Shown in pieces: positions 1 to 10,204 of a DNA stretch of 64,000 nucleotides. Location: contig OZ220733.1 in the NCBI GenBank assembly GCA_965116875.1, positions 1,856,001 through 1,920,000 on the forward strand. The letters run 5' to 3'. Within the stretch, counting starts at the first letter, position 1. Each line of letters starts with the position of its first letter. The stretch comes from Candidatus Latescibacterota bacterium (lineage in GTDB: Bacteria > Latescibacterota > UBA2968 > GCA-2709665). The position numbers and the translations under genes are program-made. The notes beneath the pieces were generated by a model. That model was not told the DNA's origin and did no database searches. It was given only the letters and a program-made list of their open reading frames with translations.

Positions 1-1
1 G

Positions 2-3000
2 GATTACCGCAGCCATCCCTTCTCGCCGGGATACATCAACACATACGGAAGGGTATTCAAGCCGGTCATCGTAGGCGATATCGGACTTACGTACAAAAAG
101 GCGCACCGCCGGCACCTGGTCTACGCCCGGGACATCAACAGCGCGGCGCCGATGTCCGGCGTGGCGGTCACGCTGCGTACTTTCCAGAACCAGGTGGCCG
201 GGCGGGGCGTGACCGACAGGAACGGCGCGGTGACGATTCCCGGCGGAGAGCGGGACGTCTTCTACGTCGAAGCCGAAAAAGACGGGCAGAAGAGCATCAT
301 CAAGTGCAACGAAATGGCCTGGAACCTTTCCGCCTTCGACACCGGGGGCGCCTCGTCGCCGCCGGACGGCGTCCGGGCGTTCATTTATACCGAACGGGGC
401 GTGTATCGACCCGGCGACGAGATCCACCTGTCACTGATTGCACGCAATTCGGAGCAGACCTTTCCGGAAAACCACCCGGTTACGCTGAAACTCTTCAACC
501 CCAGAAATCAGCTTGTACTGGAGCGGACCGCCCGAACGGGCAGGGACGGCTTCTATGCATTCAGCTTCAGGACCGAGTCCGACGACCCCACGGGAAACTG
601 GCGGGCGCGCCTGGAGGTGGGAAGCCGGACATTCGACCATACGGTGAAGGTTGAGACGGTGGCCCCCTACCGGCTGAAGGTCCGGATCGAACCCGAAAAG
701 AGGAAGCTGACGCCTGATGACGAGGAACTTCGACTGGTGCTGGCGAGCAGTTATCTTTTCGGAAATCCGGCGGCGGGGCTGGGTGCCGAGGTCACGGTCG
801 ATTTCTCACACGAGGCGCGGCAGTTCGACAGCTATCCGGGTTTCAGCTTCACCAGCGATGCCGTAACGTACAAGCCGAGTCGCACCAGCATCTTCAGGGG
901 CAAACTCGACGCGGAAGGCCGTGCGCAGGTGCACTGGAAGCTTCCCGTATTCGGAACGGAGCCATCGGCCGTTCGTGTCCGGATCGATGCCACGGTGCTC
1001 GAGAAAGGCGGCCGCCCCAATCGCAGCCGTGAAACGCTCTCCCTGGATCCGTACGTTCGCTACGTCGGGGTGCGAAAGCCGCAGTTCGACTACGGATATG
1101 CTCGGCTGGGGTCCTCGCTGGAGATTCCGGTTGTACTGGTGAACCCTCAAGGTGAGGCGGCGCCGGGACTGCCGCTCGAGTATCGCATTTACAGAAGCAA
1201 GATGCACTGGTGGTGGGAATACGAGAGCCGCGATCAGTTTCGCCTCAAGTTTAAAACGGACGAATATACGGAACAGATCGAAAGCGGCACCCTCTTTTCA
1301 AAGACTGCGCCCGTACCACTGGTGTTTACGCCCGAGGAGCGAGGTGAGTATCTGATCGAGGTGACGGATGCGGCCGGCCATACCGCCGCGTTCTTCATGC
1401 GCGCCTATCCCTGGGGCGAAGCGCAGGCCGATCCGAAATCCGCGGGCATGCTCGCGCTCAAAACCGACAGGAAGGCCTACACCGCGGGCGATTCCGCGCT
1501 GGTGACGTTTCCCGCGCCGCGACAGGGCGCGATTCTGGTCTCGGTGGAACAGGACAGTCGCATTCTGCAGACCCGATGGTACGAACCGGACGGTCGCCCG
1601 GACGAGTTTCGGGTAACGGTACCCATCACCGGGGATATGGCGCCCACCGCATACGTCGGCGTCTCCGTCCTCCAGCCGTACACCCAGACGATGAACGATC
1701 GACCGATTCGACTGTACGGCGTGGTTCCGCTCAATGTGAGCGATCCCCGTACCCGCCAGGAGATCACCCTCCGCATGCCGGGTGAACTCAGGCCCGAGAC
1801 CCGGTTTCAAATTCAGGTTGAAACGGGCGATGGTGAGCCGGCGCAGTTCACGCTGGCCGTGGTCGATGAGGGGCTGCTGGCGCTCACCGGGTTCGCCGCG
1901 CCGGACGCGTGGGAGTCGTTTTACAGGAAGCGTCGCCTGGGTGTGGTGACGCACGACCTGTATTCCCACGTGATCGGCGCCAACAAGGGAGACGTCTTCA
2001 GGACCTTTGCGGTGGGCGGCGGATTCGCGTACCGGTCCTCCCAGCTTGAGCCGGAACGCGCGAAGCGATTCAAGGCGGTATCGCTGTTCAGGGGTCCGAT
2101 CGAAACCGACGCAAAGGGACAGGCCACGGTTGACTTCGACATGCCCGACTATACGGGTTCGGTGCGGGTGATGGCCGTTTCCGCCCGCGGCGGACGATAC
2201 GGAAAAGCGGAGACGTCGGTTCCGGTGAAGACCGACCTGATGGTGATGCCCACGCTGCCGCGCGTGCTTGGCCCGGGGGATCGCATTACCGTTCCCGTAA
2301 CCGTATTCGCAATGGTCGACAGCATTGGACCGACCGTCGTTTCGATCACTGCCGAGGGCCCGGTTTCGGTTGACGGACCGGCGCGGCAGGAAATCAACTT
2401 TTCGACGTCAGGGGAGCGGGAACTCTCGTTTACGCTTCAGGCGGCTTCGGCAGTGGGGCAGGCCAGGGTGGTCGTCGCGGCGGAGGCGCCGGATATCGCC
2501 GCTGATCATGAGACAGACCTGAATGTTCGTCCATCGTCGCCCAGAGCGTACGCCGCGCAGGAACAGGACATCCGTCCCGGCCAGACGGTCCGTTTTACGG
2601 TCCCGGCCCGAGGAATGCCCGGTACCAATCGCGCCCGGGTGGTTCTGCGCCGGCATCCCGACTTCGGAATGACCCACAGGCTGCTCCGGCTGGTCCGGTT
2701 TCCGTACGGCTGTATCGAGCAGACGGTTTCGACCGCGTTTCCACTGCTGTACCTGAACACCTTCGTGGAAGGCGTGAAGTATGCCGGAGACGCAACGGTC
2801 CAGATCGACCGGTTTATCAATACGGCGATCCGAAAATTGAGGAAATTCAAGCTCGCCTCCGGCGGTTTCGCCTATTGGCCCGGCGCCAATACCGTCTCGA
2901 CCTGGGGTTCTCTGTACGCGGGCCACTTTCTGATTGAAGCGGCCAAACTGGGATACCACGTGCCGCAGGATCTGATGGCAAACTGGATCCGGTACGAAAA

Positions 3001-4093
3001 GTCGCGTTCGCTTACGGTCAAGGACGGTCTGATGGCGCGGGTCTATCGCGTCTATCTCCTGGCGGTGGCCGGCGAATACCAGATCGGCCCGATGAATCTG
3101 CTGAAGGAGACCGGGATCAAGGACATGAACGATACGCAGAAGTGGCTGCTGGCCGCGGCGTATCACCTGGCCGGCGTGGAGCGCACCGCGGCTCAAATCC
3201 TCATCCCGGCCGGAAAGCGCGTGGAGGAATACAGCGAATCGGGCGGGACCTACGGCTCAGGCATGCGGGATCTGGCGATCATTCTGAATACGCTGGTGAC
3301 GTTTGAACGCTGGTCGGAGGCGGACGAGGTCGCCAAAGAGCTGGGCGCGGCGCTCGCGTCTCAGAAGTGGTACAGTACCCAGACCACCGGGTTCATGCTT
3401 CTGTCCCTGGGAAAATACGTTCGGTCGCTCGACAGCGGGGAGGACGGTCCGCCCGTAATCGCGGGTACGATCCGCCTTCCGGACGGACGGGAGACGCCGT
3501 TTGAGACGGACCGGTCAGCCTACCACGTTGAGATCACAGAGGGCTTTGGCCGGGAGATGGCGGTGACACTGGATTCGACGTCGACCGTCAAGCGGGCGTT
3601 CGCAACCCTGGACTGGGACGGCGTTCCACTTACCGACGACGAGGGAGAGACGTCCGGCAAGCTGGCGCTGACGGTGGCATGGCTCGACGACGAGGGTGCG
3701 CCGGTCGATCCCGCCAGGCTGTCTCAGGGCGAGAACTTCTGGGGTCACTTTCGTGTGCGCAATCTGAGCGTCGTCCGAAACATCGAAGAGCTGGCGCTGG
3801 TCCAGGTGCTTCCGGCCGGATGGGAAATCGACAATCCTCGGCTGTCCGATCGGACGGCGCCGAATTGGACGAAGCGCCTGAATCTGAACCGGGAGGAGTA
3901 TATGGACGCACGCGACGACCGGATGATGTGGTTTTTCGATTTCAGGAGCCGAAGAGATCTGGATTTCGTGGTCCGGTTGAACGCCGTTACGGCAGGGTCA
4001 TTCAGGCTGCCCGCAACCGTTGTGGAAGCGATGTACGACCGATCCTACCGGGCGACGGCAGCCGGAAAGCGGGTTGTGGTAAAACGGAGATAG
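2..4093 (+). CDS. Bacterial alpha-2-macroglobulin family protein (5'-truncated by window edge)
   Basis: Frame is open from position 2. MG-domain motifs (YTERGVYRPGDEI, LAVVDEGLL), thioester motif PYGCIEQT, C-terminal DARDDR...VEAMY; adjacent to pbpC, as is typical for this family. Confidence 0.95.
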   Translation, partial: DYRSHPFSPGYINTYGRVFKPVIVGDIGLTYKKAHRRHLVYARDINSAAPMSGVAVTLRTFQNQVAGRGVTDRNGAVTIPGGERDVFYVEAEKDGQKSIIKCNEMAWNLSAFDTGGASSPPDGVRAFIYTERGVYRPGDEIHLSLIARNSEQTFPENHPVTLKLFNPRNQLVLERTARTGRDGFYAFSFRTESDDPTGNWRARLEVGSRTFDHTVKVETVAPYRLKVRIEPEKRKLTPDDEELRLVLASSYLFGNPAAGLGAEVTVDFSHEARQFDSYPGFSFTSDAVTYKPSRTSIFRGKLDAEGRAQVHWKLPVFGTEPSAVRVRIDATVLEKGGRPNRSRETLSLDPYVRYVGVRKPQFDYGYARLGSSLEIPVVLVNPQGEAAPGLPLEYRIYRSKMHWWWEYESRDQFRLKFKTDEYTEQIESGTLFSKTAPVPLVFTPEERGEYLIEVTDAAGHTAAFFMRAYPWGEAQADPKSAGMLALKTDRKAYTAGDSALVTFPAPRQGAILVSVEQDSRILQTRWYEPDGRPDEFRVTVPITGDMAPTAYVGVSVLQPYTQTMNDRPIRLYGVVPLNVSDPRTRQEITLRMPGELRPETRFQIQVETGDGEPAQFTLAVVDEGLLALTGFAAPDAWESFYRKRRLGVVTHDLYSHVIGANKGDVFRTFAVGGGFAYRSSQLEPERAKRFKAVSLFRGPIETDAKGQATVDFDMPDYTGSVRVMAVSARGGRYGKAETSVPVKTDLMVMPTLPRVLGPGDRITVPVTVFAMVDSIGPTVVSITAEGPVSVDGPARQEINFSTSGERELSFTLQAASAVGQARVVVAAEAPDIAADHETDLNVRPSSPRAYAAQEQDIRPGQTVRFTVPARGMPGTNRARVVLRRHPDFGMTHRLLRLVRFPYGCIEQTVSTAFPLLYLNTFVEGVKYAGDATVQIDRFINTAIRKLRKFKLASGGFAYWPGANTVSTWGSLYAGHFLIEAAKLGYHVPQDLMANWIRYEKSRSLTVKDGLMARVYRVYLLAVAGEYQIGPMNLLKETGIKDMNDTQKWLLAAAYHLAGVERTAAQILIPAGKRVEEYSESGGTYGSGMRDLAIILNTLVTFERWSEADEVAKELGAALASQKWYSTQTTGFMLLSLGKYVRSLDSGEDGPPVIAGTIRLPDGRETPFETDRSAYHVEITEGFGREMAVTLDSTSTVKRAFATLDWDGVPLTDDEGETSGKLALTVAWLDDEGAPVDPARLSQGENFWGHFRVRNLSVVRNIEELALVQVLPAGWEIDNPRLSDRTAPNWTKRLNLNREEYMDARDDRMMWFFDFRSRRDLDFVVRLNAVTAGSFRLPATVVEAMYDRSYRATAAGKRVVVKRR

Positions 4094-4122
4094 AAACCAC
4101 ACGGTTGCCAGCGCCATAATTT

Positions 4123-4226
4123 GGGCGCCCACAAGGGACGCCCCTACAATACCAAAAATCCACGAATGTATCTCTCTGGATTATGCGCCGATGTCGCATG
4201 CGTAGGGGCGTCCCTTGTGGGCGCCC
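4123..4226. repeat. Inverted pair of GTAG-type REP palindromes (REPIN-like)
   Basis: GTAGGGGCGTCCCTTGTGGGCGCCC at 4202-4226 and its reverse complement at 4123-4147; further copies at 10115-10139 and 41861-41885. Confidence 0.85.
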
Positions 4227-4271
4227 GGCGGATCGGATTGCCACCATGAGGCGGCGAGTACGGGACGTAAG

Positions 4272-6710
4272 ATGAACCGACGATCGTTTTCAGGAGTTGC
4301 GAATATGTTTCGGAAGTGGCGGCGGAAACCGTCCGTGGGAGGAGGCCGTCGCGGGACCCTTCCCTCAAACGGCAGACTCGCGAAGTCGGGGGTCTTTCTT
4401 GCGCTGCTTCTCGTCCCCGCGGTGCTCTATATTTCCATACCCCTGCCGGACCCCCTCTTTGAGCCGGACTACAGCACGGTTGTACTCGACGAGCGGGGGC
4501 GGATCCTGCGGATGTTCCTGAATGGCGACGATCAGTGGTGTTTTCCCCACCAGGGGAACGCCGATGTTCCACTCGTCCTGGAGCAGGCGGTGCTCCTTTT
4601 CGAGGACCGTCGCTTTTACAAACATCCAGGTGTGGATCCGCTGGCGCTGTTCCGTGCCGTCTATCAGAATATCCGTTCCTGGAAGGTCGTGAGCGGCGCG
4701 AGCACGCTGTCGATGCAGGTTGCACGGATGGCGTCGCCCAGGAGAAGGACCTATCTCAACAAAGCCCTGGAGACGCTCCAGGCAATGAAGATCGAACTCC
4801 ATTATGACAAGAAGCAGATCCTGAACCTCTACCTGGACCACGCGCCTTATGGCGGCAATATTGTCGGCTACCGTGCGGCTGCCCAACGGTATTTCGGCAA
4901 GTCACCCGAACGGCTGACCTGGGGAGAGGCCGCCACGCTGGCGGTCCTTCCGAACGCGCCCGGGCTGATATCGCCTCTGGCCGACCCGGAAGAACTGCGG
5001 CTCAGGCGCGACCGGCTTCTGAAGCGGCTGCACAACGAGGGAGTGATGGACGCCGAGACCTTCGGCCTTACGAAGCTGGAGAAGGTCCCGGACGGCGCCA
5101 GGGGGTTGCCGATGGACGCCCCGCATCTGGCGCGGCGACTGGAGTCGCGGCATCGGAATACATATTTAAGGACAACCCTTCACAGGGATATTCAAAGGCA
5201 GAGCGCGGAGCTCGTCAATCGACACGTCGCGTTCATGCGGCAACGGGGCGTCCGAAACGGAGCGGCCCTTGTGGTCGATACCCGTTCAGGAAAGGTACGC
5301 GCGTACGTCGGATCCCAGGGATTCTTCGACGACCGGAACCAGGGTCAGGTGGATGGCGTAGCGGCCGCGAGGTCCTCCGGCTCGCTGCTCAAGCCGTTTC
5401 TGTTCGCCCTGGGCATCGACCGTGGCCTCTTGCTGCCCCGGACGCGGCTCCGGGATCTCCCCACCCACTACGGCGCTTTTTCCCCGGGAAACGCCGACGG
5501 GAGCTTCGCGGGTCTGGTGACGGCAAAGGAGGCGCTGGTCCGTTCCCTGAACGTGCCCGCGGTCCGGTTGCTTGACGCGTATGGAATGGACCCGTTTTTC
5601 AGGTTCCTGAAATCCGCCGGGCTGACCACGCTCATCCGGTCCCCCGGAGATTACGGTCTGCCGATGATTCTCGGCGGCGTGGAAGTCAGCCTGTGGGACA
5701 TGGCGCAATCCTACCGCGCGTTGGCCAACGGCGGCCGCTTCAGTCTACTCAAGGTCGTTGGCGGAACGCCCGACCCGGAGGGACCGGCGCTCATCAGTCC
5801 GGGCGCATGTTATCTGACACTCAACATGCTTCGAGACCTCAAGCGGCCAGGCGTGGAAACTTACTGGCATCAGTACCAGAACCAGTGGCCGATCGCGTGG
5901 AAGACGGGTACCAGTTACGGGAAACGGGATGCATGGGCGATCGGGGTGAGCCCCGAGTGGACAGTTGCCGTCTGGATTGGCAATTTCGGCGGCCATGGGA
6001 ACGCGGACCTTACGGGAGCGAGTGCGGCCGCGCCGCTCCTGTTCGACCTGTTCAACCTGCTGCCGAAGCAACGCGAACATGTCTGGATCGAAGCGCCGGT
6101 TGCGGGCCTGCGGGAGCTTCAGCTGTGCGCGCATACCGGATTCCGGGCGGGTATGCACTGCGAACGCCAGATTTCCGTGGAAGCGCCGCTGCATATGAAA
6201 CCCCTGCGGACCTGTCCCTATCACCGGACCCTTCAGGTGACGCTGGATGGAGGCCATCGCGTGTGCTCGCTGTGCTGGGAACCGGGGGACCGCCGTCCCG
6301 TAAGCCGGCTCGTGTTTCCGGCGGACGTCGCGCAGCATCTGCGGGAGCGGGGGCAGGTTCCGGGCATGGTTCCGCCGCACAAACCGGATTGCCCGGCCGG
6401 CGCCGGGTCCGATCCGTTGAAGATCGTCTATCCACATCATAACGCCAGACTGTGGCTGCCGAGAGACTTCGGCGGCGCACGGCAGAAGATCGCGATGCGG
6501 GTGGCCCACAGGGAGAAGAACCGCGTCCTGTATTGGTACCTGGATGACCGGTACCTGGGCAGCAGCCGCGGCAGGCACGTGAAAGCCGTGGATCTCTCGA
6601 AGGGATGGCACACGCTGAACGTCGTGGACGAGAGCGGAAACAGGGACCGGAAACGCTTCTTCGTCGACCTGAAACATCTGCGAATGTCAGCGAATCCTTC
6701 GTCGCCCTGA
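4272..6710 (+). CDS. pbpC: Penicillin-binding protein 1C
   Basis: Transglycosylase motifs EDRRFYKHPGVD and GASTLSMQVAR; transpeptidase motifs SLLK, SLN and KTGT; downstream of A2M. Start codon uncertain (4272 or 4305). Confidence 0.92.
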   Translation: MNRRSFSGVANMFRKWRRKPSVGGGRRGTLPSNGRLAKSGVFLALLLVPAVLYISIPLPDPLFEPDYSTVVLDERGRILRMFLNGDDQWCFPHQGNADVPLVLEQAVLLFEDRRFYKHPGVDPLALFRAVYQNIRSWKVVSGASTLSMQVARMASPRRRTYLNKALETLQAMKIELHYDKKQILNLYLDHAPYGGNIVGYRAAAQRYFGKSPERLTWGEAATLAVLPNAPGLISPLADPEELRLRRDRLLKRLHNEGVMDAETFGLTKLEKVPDGARGLPMDAPHLARRLESRHRNTYLRTTLHRDIQRQSAELVNRHVAFMRQRGVRNGAALVVDTRSGKVRAYVGSQGFFDDRNQGQVDGVAAARSSGSLLKPFLFALGIDRGLLLPRTRLRDLPTHYGAFSPGNADGSFAGLVTAKEALVRSLNVPAVRLLDAYGMDPFFRFLKSAGLTTLIRSPGDYGLPMILGGVEVSLWDMAQSYRALANGGRFSLLKVVGGTPDPEGPALISPGACYLTLNMLRDLKRPGVETYWHQYQNQWPIAWKTGTSYGKRDAWAIGVSPEWTVAVWIGNFGGHGNADLTGASAAAPLLFDLFNLLPKQREHVWIEAPVAGLRELQLCAHTGFRAGMHCERQISVEAPLHMKPLRTCPYHRTLQVTLDGGHRVCSLCWEPGDRRPVSRLVFPADVAQHLRERGQVPGMVPPHKPDCPAGAGSDPLKIVYPHHNARLWLPRDFGGARQKIAMRVAHREKNRVLYWYLDDRYLGSSRGRHVKAVDLSKGWHTLNVVDESGNRDRKRFFVDLKHLRMSANPSSP

Positions 6711-7008
6711 TCCGCAGCATCGCGACGCGGGACTTGAAAACCGGGTCTCTCTTTGCTATCTTGGAAAGCGGCGAGAGAATGGTGGGATATTCCCGGACGA
6801 ACCTTGATTCGTAAGTTTTCGTCGACGTTAAATCGAATATGTGCAAGTCGATAAAGGCGATTCAACTGCTGATTACCAGGATACATCAGGTCACAGGACG
6901 TGAACGGAACAAATGTCAGTTTGGACGACGTTACCACCCCGTTTCGTAGGATTGTATCACGACACCCGGTTGCTGTTTTTTTTGAATTGGGGCTAATCAC
7001 CAGAGACT

Positions 7009-7989
7009 ATGAAACCGCATACCGAACCGCCAGTTGAATCCAAACCTCCGGCCGCGGGCGCCGTCGACGTCTCCATCGTCATACCGCTCCTGAACGAAGC
7101 GGAAAGCCTCCGGCCCCTGATGGAACAGGTCCGGGAGGCCATGGCGGCATCCGGGCGCAGTTTTGAGACGATTTTTATAGACGATGGCAGTACCGATGGC
7201 TCCATCGGGATTCTGGAGGAACTCCACCGCGTCAACGACCAAGTCAAGGTCATTCAGTTCCGCCGTAACTTCGGCAAAGCAGCGGCTTACGTCGCGGGAT
7301 TCGAAATGGCGGCGGGCCGGACGATCATCACGATGGACGCCGACCTTCAGGACGATCCGGCGGAGATCCCCCGCCTGATCGAAAAAGTAGAGGGCGGCGT
7401 CGACCTGGTTTCAGGATGGAAGAAGAAGCGCTTCGACCCCCTCAGCAAAACCATCCCTTCCAGATTCTTCAATTGGGTCACCGGCCGGATTTCAGGCATT
7501 CCGATTCACGATTTCAACTGCGGCCTCAAGGCCTTCCGCGGCGAGGTGGTGCGAGACATCAAGATATACGGAGAACTCCATCGGTACATCCCCGTTCTGG
7601 CCCACATGGAAGGCTACCGCGTCGACGAAATCGTCGTACAGCACCGCCCGCGCCGTTTTGGCGTGACGAAGTACGGGTGGACGCGTCTGCTCAAGGGCTT
7701 CCTCGACCTGCTTACCGTCATGTACCTGGGGCGATACATCGGTCGTCCGCTGCACCTGTTCGGCACGATCGGTATCGTACTGAGCACGCTCGGCGTTGGC
7801 ATAAACGGCTTTATCGCGGCGTTATGGTTCCGTACGGGGACGATTCAGCACCGGCATCCCCTCCTCTTTCTGGGAATTCTTCTGTCCGTGCTGGGGGTTC
7901 AGTTCCTCTGCACCGGCCTCCTGGCGGACATGATTACGCGACAGACGCTTCCGAACGAAAAATACAACGTGCGGAAAATTCTTGGCTAG
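7009..7989 (+). CDS. Glycosyltransferase family 2 (ArnC/DPM1-like polyprenyl-phosphate glycosyltransferase)
   Basis: SIVIPLLNE, IDDGSTD, RNFGKAAA, MDADLQDDP, DFNCGLK; two C-terminal TM helices. Confidence 0.9.
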   Translation: MKPHTEPPVESKPPAAGAVDVSIVIPLLNEAESLRPLMEQVREAMAASGRSFETIFIDDGSTDGSIGILEELHRVNDQVKVIQFRRNFGKAAAYVAGFEMAAGRTIITMDADLQDDPAEIPRLIEKVEGGVDLVSGWKKKRFDPLSKTIPSRFFNWVTGRISGIPIHDFNCGLKAFRGEVVRDIKIYGELHRYIPVLAHMEGYRVDEIVVQHRPRRFGVTKYGWTRLLKGFLDLLTVMYLGRYIGRPLHLFGTIGIVLSTLGVGINGFIAALWFRTGTIQHRHPLLFLGILLSVLGVQFLCTGLLADMITRQTLPNEKYNVRKILG

Positions 7990-8032
7990 CTTTGTTCACG
8001 CCGGAAAAATGAGGCCGGGACGTGGAAACACA

Positions 8033-8064
8033 AAGCGACAGGCCATGACACATGGCCTGTCGCT
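8033..8064. terminator. Strong hairpin between convergent GT2 gene and small ORF
   Basis: aagcgacaggccatg-aca-catggcctgtcgctt perfect inverted repeat. Confidence 0.65.
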
Positions 8065-8095
8065 TGCGATTTGCCGCCGGGTGCCGAGTCCTGGC

Positions 8096-8266
8096 TCAAA
8101 ATGCCAGGGGCATTCCATGGATCTGCGGCCGGCCCATCACGGCCTGATCGTGCCGGCGTACCGCGCGCCGCAGCTCTTCCGATCGCTTCTCGTTACCCTT
8201 GATTGCATAATAGAGTGCCAGAAACGCCAGGCGGTCGCGCGGATTCAGTGCTGTATTGAGAGCCAT
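8096..8266 (-). CDS. Small hypothetical protein, 56 aa (MALNTALNPRDRLAFLALYYAIKGNEKRSEELRRAVRRHDQAVMGRPQIHGMPLAF); not in ORF track
   Basis: ATG at 8266 with upstream GAGG, sigma-54 promoter upstream, hairpin just after the TGA. Confidence 0.6.
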   Translation of the reverse strand: MALNTALNPRDRLAFLALYYAIKGNEKRSEELRRAVRRHDQAVMGRPQIHGMPLAF

Positions 8267-8331
8267 TTCGGGGCCTCGTATGTATAGGGGTGAGAGAAAG
8301 ACATGGGTGTGTGTTCATCAGCTATAGATAT

Positions 8332-8348
8332 AGCGAATATCGTGCCAA
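8332..8348 (-). promoter_or_regulatory. Sigma-54 (-24/-12) promoter
   Basis: Minus strand reads TTGGCACGATATTCGCT: GG-N10-GC with a perfect TGGCACG box. Confidence 0.65.
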
Positions 8349-8520
8349 GCATTGAAATAGAAGCCACGATTTCGTCTTTTCAGCCGGTTATGGGTGTTTT
8401 TCTGATTTTGACTGAAAGCGAGAGCGCGTCGTGCGGGGTAAAAAGTGTTCAATTTCGCCACACAGTGTGAAAAATCTGGCGTAATCCGCCAGTACATTAA
8501 GAGCAGCTATCGGCAAAAAG

Positions 8521-8650
8521 CGGGTAGACGTAAGCCGGTAGACGGGAGAGATTGCCTGCCCCGTGAGTTTTCTTCTCGCGCCGGAGGCAAAGAGGAAGAA
8601 CATACCGGGCACGGATTTCTTCTACCGTCTTCCGTCTCACCTCTCCCGGC
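8521..8650. repeat. ~130-bp heptamer-armed palindromic element, copy 1
   Basis: GGTAGAC/GTAAGCC/GGGAGAG arm pairs with TTCTACC/GTCTTCC/CTCTCCC arm; core cctgcc...gccggaggcaa shared with 51161-51290 and 55536-55664. Confidence 0.8.
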
Positions 8651-8779
8651 TTTTCGAAAACGGCAAGTGAATAGGGGACGTTTGGGGGTGGCGAAGGTTC
8701 CAACTCAAGGTAGCGGAAACGCGGGCGCTTCGACATTTCCACAAGCGCTGCGCAAACAACGCTGGGAGGTGGAGACCAT

Positions 8780-10066
8780 ATGCTGGATCTGAACCGGATT
8801 CGGGAGGACCCCGGGAGCGTCAGACGGGCGCTGTTGAAACGCATGGACGCGGTGGATTTTGCGGACTTGCTCCAGTGGGACCAGGAGCGGAGGGCCCTGA
8901 TCGCCAGAATCGGGGGCCTGCGCGAACGACGAAACAAGGTCTCCGCACGGATTCCACAGATGAAGAAGGCGGGCACGGACACAGCCGATATCCAGAATGA
9001 AATGAAGGCGGTTTCCGGGAACATCCGGACCCTCGAGGCGGAGCTGTCCGAATTCGAACACCGTATCGGGAGCTTTCTGGAGGTACTGCCCAATATTCCG
9101 GCTGAAGACGTCCCTGCGGGCGGAAAGGAAAACAACGAGGTCGTTCGCGTCTGGGGTGAGAGGCCGGAATCGGCGGACGGCGCCAGAGACCACGTCGACC
9201 TGGTTACGTCGCTGGGGCTGATCGACTACGAGCGTGGGGTGAAAATGGGCGGCGCCGGCTTCTGGCTCTACCGGGGCGACGGCGCCCGCCTCGAGTGGGC
9301 GCTCCTGAACTACTTCGTTGAAACGCACCTCGCCGACGGGTACGAATTCGTGCTGCCGCCGCACCTGCTCACCTATGACTGCGGTTACACGGCCGGGCAG
9401 TTTCCAAAATTCGCTGACGACGTGTTTCATCTCACGCGGGAGAGCGAAAAGGAGTCCCGGTTTCTGCTGCCGACGTCGGAGACCGCATTGATTAACTTCC
9501 ATCGGGACGAAATCCTTCCCGAGGCCAATCTGCCGCGGAAGTACTTTTCCTATACACCCTGCTACCGCCGGGAGGCCGGCAGTTATCGCGCCCAGGAGCG
9601 CGGCATGATTCGGGGGCACCAGTTCAACAAGGTCGAAATCTTCCAGTTCACGCGACCTGAAGACTCGGACGGCGCCCTGGAGGAATTGATCGCAAAGGCC
9701 GAAGGCCTGGTCCAGGGCCTGGAGCTGCACCACCGGGTATCCAAACTGGCGGCCCAGGACGCCAGTGCGGCCATGGCAAAGACGTACGACATCGAGATCT
9801 GGATTCCGAGCATGGGAGAATACAAGGAAGTCAGTTCGGCATCCAACGCGCAGGACTATCAGGCCCGGCGGGGCCGCATCCGGTTCAAACGCGCCGAGAC
9901 CGGGCGGAATGAATTCGTACACACGCTCAACGCATCGGGCCTGGCGACCAGCCGTCTGATCCCGGCCATTGTGGAGCAGACCCAGCGACCCGACGGTTCG
10001 GCAGTCATTCCTGAGGTACTCCGCCCGTATATGGGCGGCCAGGAAATCCTGGAGCCTGTCGCATGA
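8780..10066 (+). CDS. serS: Seryl-tRNA synthetase
   Basis: MLDLNRIRE N-terminus, LPTSET, CYRREAGSY...RGHQFNKVE, KTYDIEIWIP, EVSSASN, HTLNASGLA. Confidence 0.97.
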   Translation: MLDLNRIREDPGSVRRALLKRMDAVDFADLLQWDQERRALIARIGGLRERRNKVSARIPQMKKAGTDTADIQNEMKAVSGNIRTLEAELSEFEHRIGSFLEVLPNIPAEDVPAGGKENNEVVRVWGERPESADGARDHVDLVTSLGLIDYERGVKMGGAGFWLYRGDGARLEWALLNYFVETHLADGYEFVLPPHLLTYDCGYTAGQFPKFADDVFHLTRESEKESRFLLPTSETALINFHRDEILPEANLPRKYFSYTPCYRREAGSYRAQERGMIRGHQFNKVEIFQFTRPEDSDGALEELIAKAEGLVQGLELHHRVSKLAAQDASAAMAKTYDIEIWIPSMGEYKEVSSASNAQDYQARRGRIRFKRAETGRNEFVHTLNASGLATSRLIPAIVEQTQRPDGSAVIPEVLRPYMGGQEILEPVA

Positions 10067-10204
10067 ACCTCTCCCCCCTCACCTGTGAGGAGAGGGGGGA
10101 AACCCAAAAAAAGCGGGCGACCACAAGGGTCGCCCCTACAAATGCAACATCGTTATGGATTGCCGCGAGGCATTCCGGACCGCGGTTCCGATGTTCGTCG
10201 CGTA

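Noticed and set aside
8650-8779. T-box riboswitch upstream of serS
   Set aside because: No GGTGG(N)ACCRCG T-box motif or terminator/antiterminator seen.
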